Of a stretch of DNA of 56,933 nucleotides, positions 50,804-56,933 are shown piece by piece. The stretch's first letter is position 1, and each line of letters opens with the position of its first letter. The stretch spans positions 1 through 56,933 of the forward strand of contig JNEM01010440.1 of assembly GCA_000697335.1 (NCBI GenBank), in the 5' to 3' direction. The notes under the pieces are model-generated. The model had not been told where the DNA came from. It ran no database searches and worked only from the letters and a program-made list of their open reading frames with translations. This DNA is from Conidiobolus incongruus B7586. Taxonomy: Eukaryota. Made by a program: the position numbers and the translations under genes.

Positions 50804-50945
50804 CCACTCACTCCTTTTGTTCTCACTCAGAGATTTATGAATACCACCTAAATCAACTCCACCATTTCTCTGTTGTAAATATTTAATACTTGTACATTAT
50901 ATTACCAACCATTCACATCCACCACATATTATAATTATTTTCAAA

Positions 50946-51875
50946 ATGGCTGACACTGCTGTACTTACTCAAATCACAAAACGCTTTCCTTCAGTACGTT
51001 TATCACAATGTCCTAATCTTTCTATAAAAAGACGAATTAGCAAATTCCATCTCACTTTACCATCATCATCAGAACCCATAACACAAGACCTCCATAGTCC
51101 CACTAAAATCTATGAGCTTAACTCTTTCAAAGCATTTAATGAGAACTTACAAAATCACAAAAGGAAATCTAACTCCACCTCCGCTTCCCATGCTTCATCT
51201 ACTACCCTTAGTAGTGACAAGGAGTCTTCATCAGGATTCGACTACTGGATCCCTCCGAAAATAATCCAAAAGAGATATATTATGCGTAAAGGCAAATTTT
51301 TCAGCAACTCGTGGTATTTAACCAACGAGGATGGTGAATTATGCTATCGCTTCTATCCAACCAGTAATGAGCAAGCCTTACTTACCACAGATCGCAAGCT
51401 GCAGATTGGCAAAGTTTATCAGCCACCAGTAGGCGATCTCACAATAACCCTGCAAGTCCCCTCATCAAAGTCCATTTACAAATGGGTCACTTTGACTCCT
51501 ATTGATGCTTCTTTAGGAAATTACAATGTCAATCTCTGCAAGCGCCGCGTATCTTCTCCCAATCAATCTCAAGAGAAAACTACCCAATCTCATCAAATCC
51601 AGACATTCAGCTGGAACTATGATGCTTCTCGCAATGGCTGGATCCTCTTTGATGACCTGTATTTCACTCATGGCAGATTTTCTCTCACCAACTCTAATGA
51701 GCAGTTTGGCGACTTAGAATTCTTAACCAACCGTCTAGAATCCCAACAAGTATTGTATCTGATGATAGCTTTGAATATTATTCTCTATCGTCACAGTAAC
51801 TGGCTGCTGGGTGGCAAGTTGCTATGTCGTCAAAGCAGCATTAAGAGTAATTCAAGTAGTGAATTGTATATATAA
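50946..51875 (+). CDS. Hypothetical protein (309 aa), possibly tubby-C/LURP-one/scramblase-like beta-barrel
   Basis: Intronless ORF in a GC-elevated island with AAAATGG context and a TATA box. A Ser-rich disordered N-terminus is followed by beta-strand-like segments (KRYIMRKGKFFSNSWYLTNEDGELCYRF...FSWNY...GWILFD...GRF) and a single hydrophobic helix VLYLMIALNIILY. The fold call is inference. Confidence 0.8.
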   Translation: MADTAVLTQITKRFPSVRLSQCPNLSIKRRISKFHLTLPSSSEPITQDLHSPTKIYELNSFKAFNENLQNHKRKSNSTSASHASSTTLSSDKESSSGFDYWIPPKIIQKRYIMRKGKFFSNSWYLTNEDGELCYRFYPTSNEQALLTTDRKLQIGKVYQPPVGDLTITLQVPSSKSIYKWVTLTPIDASLGNYNVNLCKRRVSSPNQSQEKTTQSHQIQTFSWNYDASRNGWILFDDLYFTHGRFSLTNSNEQFGDLEFLTNRLESQQVLYLMIALNIILYRHSNWLLGGKLLCRQSSIKSNSSSELYI

Positions 51876-54800
51876 GTTTATAACACCAATCCTACATCTT
51901 CCCCATCATCAATCACACAGTTTATTATTTCAATTGTACATAATGATATTATGTACTACCTCCATCTTCAACTCCTTCCAAAATAATTATTTAAATTATC
52001 TTCAATATCTTGAAGACCCATTTATTGACTGAGTTCAGTGATATATATTATATATTTAACAAAAAATTAATTAATAGTCACACCTTAATTAAATTACAAT
52101 AAAATCCCTTTTCAATATCACAAATCGTATAATATTTGGTTATTATATTCTTATTTAAAAAAATAAATAATAACCCAATAGATGTATAATTGTATTTCCA
52201 CTATTCATATTGGATATAACTACAATAACAACCAAATTTAGATAATTCCATAAGTTATTGCCAAATAATTATAATTTAAGCCTTCTGAATTGTTAAACTT
52301 TAATAAAATTTTCGAAGTGTTAAATATTCAATACCATTATTATTTATTAACAATATCCAGGGTCAGTTAAACTTTTCTATTCCATTTTAGAATTTCATGA
52401 ATTTTGGATTAAAATAATAATTTCATTACCTTAATCATTAATTATGAATTTTAAATTCTGAATAACTGATGAGGAAAAAATTTTAATTTGTAGTCTCCAC
52501 ATTAATAATTATAAAAATTCTCATTTATGAAATTACATATGAGATTTCAATAATGTTATCATCTTTGAAAAGATTTAAAATTGGCAGTAAGTAATGATAT
52601 CATCATTAGTTAAAATATTTCACATATTTAAATATGATCCAAAGCATTGTGATGTCTTATTATTTTGAACCCATTTAAATATATTGGCCACCATTGCATT
52701 ATGATATACTAATGATTTTCGACACATGTATGATGATATGATACTATATATTTTAGGAATTAAATATATTGATTTTGATTGAAATTGATAAGGTAAAATA
52801 TACCTTCAAATTATAAAATCAAATTATCATAATTTTATCATTATTATCACTATTTTGAATCAAATTATAGCTATATTGTACATATGTATATGTTATTCGA
52901 TAAAAATAGTATAATCATTCATATGAATATTAGAGTAAGATTAATAATCCATTCCTATTATAAAAATACATATAAAGAATATTATAAAGATTTAATATTA
53001 TTGATTAAAAATGATTAAAAATTGTGAAATTTGTTTAAATATAATTTAAATGTTTTATTTCAATTTTTAAAACCAGTTTTAATTAAAATTTTAAAATGAT
53101 TTTTTTCTATATGTCATCCTTGTTAACAGCGATATATCAGAATCAATGTTTTCAAATTCTAACTGTAAAAATATTACTGGATTTTGATGATATAATTTTA
53201 TTGATTATATTTCACATATTTCTTAGTAATAATTATCTTTTGAAATTCATTGCCTATATTCAAAATTTAAGGAAACAATCATTTACAAAACCATTTCTTA
53301 TCCAACTTGAGTTTATCTTACTATTTTAAAACTAATCTTTGTTTATTATTAATAATTATAATATCTAGCACTAATGCCAGCGATTTTAATAACGAAAATT
53401 TAATTATCAGTAACTTTCAGATTATAATTGGATATAAGGAAATATCCACTAGTTCTTTTATTAAAATTTAGGCACTGAATAAATAATAACTTTGAATAAA
53501 ATGTAATTAGTATTCTTTAACTAAGGTGAAGGAAAAAAATACCCTATCACGTGCTATTCAAAATTATTACTTCTTATAAATTTATTGATCCAATCATTGT
53601 GGCTTTTTCAATTGATTTATGGGGTTTAAATAATTATTGGATCAAATAAATCCTGAATAATGATTTAAAATCAGTTTTAAGTGTAAGAACTTAAAATATT
53701 AGTTCTAATAATAAGATGCAAAAATTGATATAAAATATTATATTATTAATATTAATCATTATTTAACAGTTTCTAATAGATTAATTAAATAGCTCTAAAT
53801 AGGATATAAGATCAATTTTATTTTCTATATTTTTATACAATATATTAATTGATTTAAAATATGACGGTTCAAAATTCTGGAAAAAATCCTGTCAGTGAGT
53901 ACTAATTTCCAAATATTCAAAACCAATATTTAACTCAAAACCTCCCTAAACCTTTTTTATTCAAAATTAAAAATGAGTTAAGCGGTTTCAAACGATGATT
54001 TAATGCTGATAATCATTTCATTATGTTAGCTTCAACCTTGTTCTTACAATGTTATTTATGTGTGTTTTTGGATGATATTCTCTATATTTAAAATTATTCC
54101 CAATCTATTTTTTTCAACTTTAATCTCTGTTTTATAATTTCTTCATCATTGTTCACTCTTCTGCATGGTATCATAATATTTCTTTAATACAAAAGATAAG
54201 AATTATAGTTTGATATTATTTTCAATTGTTGATATATATATATATTTGAAATAATTAATTATATATTAATTTTGATATCATTCATTTTTTTATATTGAGT
54301 CAATTAATCGATTAAACTTAACAGTAATCCTTTAAAAGGTTGGTTGAATATTTTTGGGTAGTAAATTTCAGCTAGACGGTTGGAATATATTGAAATATTA
54401 AACTTATTAATTAGTTTATTAATTACATGGAGTTACAAAATCGGAACAATCAGGTTACATTTATATTTTCTTATGTTCAATTATTATTAATTTTGCATTA
54501 TAATAGAACTAATTTAATATTTTTCACATTTGTCAAATTTATCATATATATATATTATTGATAATAATTTAAATTCAAGAATTTAAAATTGGATTTAATA
54601 TACAAGCATATATTTTCAATTATGAAATCTACGGCCAATTTTTTAATTATTACAATGACTAAAAGTTTAAAATGTATATCAAAAATTGTTAACAATATAG
54701 ATCAGACTTGAAAATTATATTTATTAGTGTGATTTGGATGTTATTTATATTAATCATATATTTCGAATGCAAATAGAACTTTAGAGAATATCCCATATTT

Positions 54801-55743
54801 TGTAATCGTTGATATCTAAATGTAAATTTGTATCGATTTGAATATAATCGTAATAAAATTATCATCAAATCACGATAAATAATAGTTAATATAGAAAAAA
54901 GTTATAAATCTAATTAAACATTATGTAGCAAGTAAATCTTATACATAATGATATTATATTGGAAAATACTGCTTTATGCCAGCAATGGCAGTTTTCTATA
55001 TAATTTATCTTTAAAATATAGGTAAACAGTGTAATTACGTAATAGGTGAATAATGGGTATAAGGTTGGCTAGTAAAGATTTAATATAGAATCATAAGTAA
55101 TAATTGGAAGTTTAAAATATGATATTCAAAATTAATTTCTTGATTTGAAAATATTTAATTGTAGATAAATTGATTAGTAACTTGGTTTTGCTATATTTCG
55201 CTTAAAAATTAAGTAGTTGGTTAATAAGGTATAAGGACTATTATCACTAAGTTTTATCACTGTAAAAAACTAACAAATATATTTATAACTCTTTTAATAA
55301 CAGTCTCTTCAAAATTAATAATTAAAACATGAAATATCAAATTATTATCATTGTTATTAATTCTGATGAGAATAATATTAATAAATGACTTTATTTTAAT
55401 AAGTCAAATAATACATATATATAGTATTTAATTAATTGAAATAATACTTATTTATTTTTAACTATTTATTATTTTTATTATTTGTTTCAATTATAATATT
55501 CCAATAATATTATTTCATATTAATATATCCTCTTATTTATTTTATTATAGTGATATTATATAATACCTAAATAAATATCTTTTAAATTTTATATATAAAT
55601 ATATTATTTTTTAAATATATAATTAAAATATTATTATAAAATTAAAGAAATGGGAAATTTTTTAATTTCTGATTTTTCAAATATATTATTAATTTCAAAT
55701 AAAATAAATATATACAAAATAAATAAGAAAATAAATAGTTTTA

Positions 55744-55746
<3 letters not shown>

Positions 55747-55774
<28 letters not shown>
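55747..55774. repeat. (TA)n microsatellite, ~14 units, at the apparent start of the right terminal repeat
   Basis: Direct reading. Confidence 0.95.
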
Positions 55775-55777
<3 letters not shown>

Positions 55778-56933
55778 ACTTATTTGATTAAAAAAATAAT
55801 TTTTTAAAATTAGTTGTTTAATTTAATTATATTTAAACTAATTAGTAATTATCAAAAGTTTTTTATTTTAGTATTAATAAAACTTAACCATAAATCTTTT
55901 AAAATCATTTAAAATTTATAAGCAACTTTTAATAATAAAATATTATTTAAATTAACAATTTATCACTAAGTAAATTACTTTAAAATTAAAAAAAATTACC
56001 TAAAACCTATTAAAATCTAAAAAACTAATTTCAACTATTATTTTTTTAATTGTTAATAAAGTAAAAAAATATATTAAAAAGTACCTTTTTATTTCAGCTA
56101 AAAAATTATTAAGATACTTTAATATTAGTTACATAAGTATTTTATATAAATTAAAATTTAAAATTAATTAATAAAAATGTAAAATAAATATCTTATAATT
56201 TAACTAAAACTTAAAAAAAAGTTAGAATAGCTATTATTAAATAAAACTTATTAAGGTATAATTAAAAACCAAGGCTTTTACAGTAAATTATTATAATTAA
56301 TAAATCTTAGATTTTTTTGTATAATCTTTTATTAAAACATAAATCAAAGTTTTAAATTAAGTTAAATCAACCCCTTTTATAAATTTCTTTAAATAAACAT
56401 TTTATTAATAAGTGAATGTTAATTATTATAATAAATTATAATAGCATATATAATTCTTATTTAGTTTTTAAAAGAAAATTAATTAATAATAAACTTTATA
56501 TTTTTTTAAATAAAACTATTTTTAATTAGTATTCTTAATATAATTTGAGAAAATCTATTATTTTATATGATAATTATAAAATATATAAATCTAAAGTTAT
56601 AAAAAACTTTTTAATTAAAAATAACTAGAAAAAACTACTATATCTAATATATTCTTTAGGTTATAACTTATGTAATTATAATTGTTTTAGGTAATTAAAA
56701 AACTAGTTTACAAGAAAGAAAATTTTTATAAAAAAATTTAATTAGTTTATAAAATATTAAATTTCAGTCTTTAATAAAAAAAATTATTTTTTAGGTATTA
56801 GATTTTTGTTAAAAATATAGTAAAAAATTATTAGAAATAAAAGAAATTATTAATTTTATATTATATATTTATTTTTACTTTTTATATATTAAAATGTTTA
56901 TTTTTTTTTTAATCACAAAAAATTCTTATTATT
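55775..56933. repeat. Degenerate AT-rich dispersed repeat, right copy; 56208-56933 is homologous to 1-683
   Basis: Colinear similarity to the left window end. The same CpA/TpG-poor composition extends back to about the (TA)n tract; the left boundary is approximate. Confidence 0.8.

Noticed and set aside
1..56933. Circular molecule, assembly overlap or LTR pair suggested by the matching ends
   Set aside because: The copies are clearly diverged with indels, not identical. The interior is ordinary housekeeping genes with no gag/pol, transposase or recombinase.

Overview
Eukaryotic, very AT-rich fungal genomic DNA with short (~40-110 nt) GT-AG introns. Gene content and style suggest an early-diverging fungus, possibly Conidiobolus/Entomophthorales-like (inference only). 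I hand-spliced 12 intact protein genes. Ten are recognisable: Doa10/MARCH6 E3 ligase, Pfa3-like DHHC palmitoyltransferase, Mak21/Noc1, SmF, V-ATPase subunit G, Sis1-type Hsp40, Swi1/ARID1-like, a CDK10/11-like kinase, a Ste12-like factor and Smc2. Two are orphans: a tubby/LURP-like protein and a 242-aa protein that is 36% Met+Cys. SmF and V-ATPase G are absent from the ORF track. The window also holds a tRNA-Arg(UCU), a Gti1/Pac2 (WOPR) pseudogene, a decayed tRNA-Cys and several unidentified gene relics. The two window ends are diverged direct copies of one AT-rich repeat with a strong CpA/TpG deficit (RIP-like). The best candidate for an undescribed system is the Met/Cys-rich gene at 19649-20377: Met-rich repeats, a metallothionein-like Cys cluster and a predicted Cys-lined four-helix bundle, suggesting a cytosolic copper/sulfur storage or redox protein. 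All calls come from manual reading; no database searches were run.
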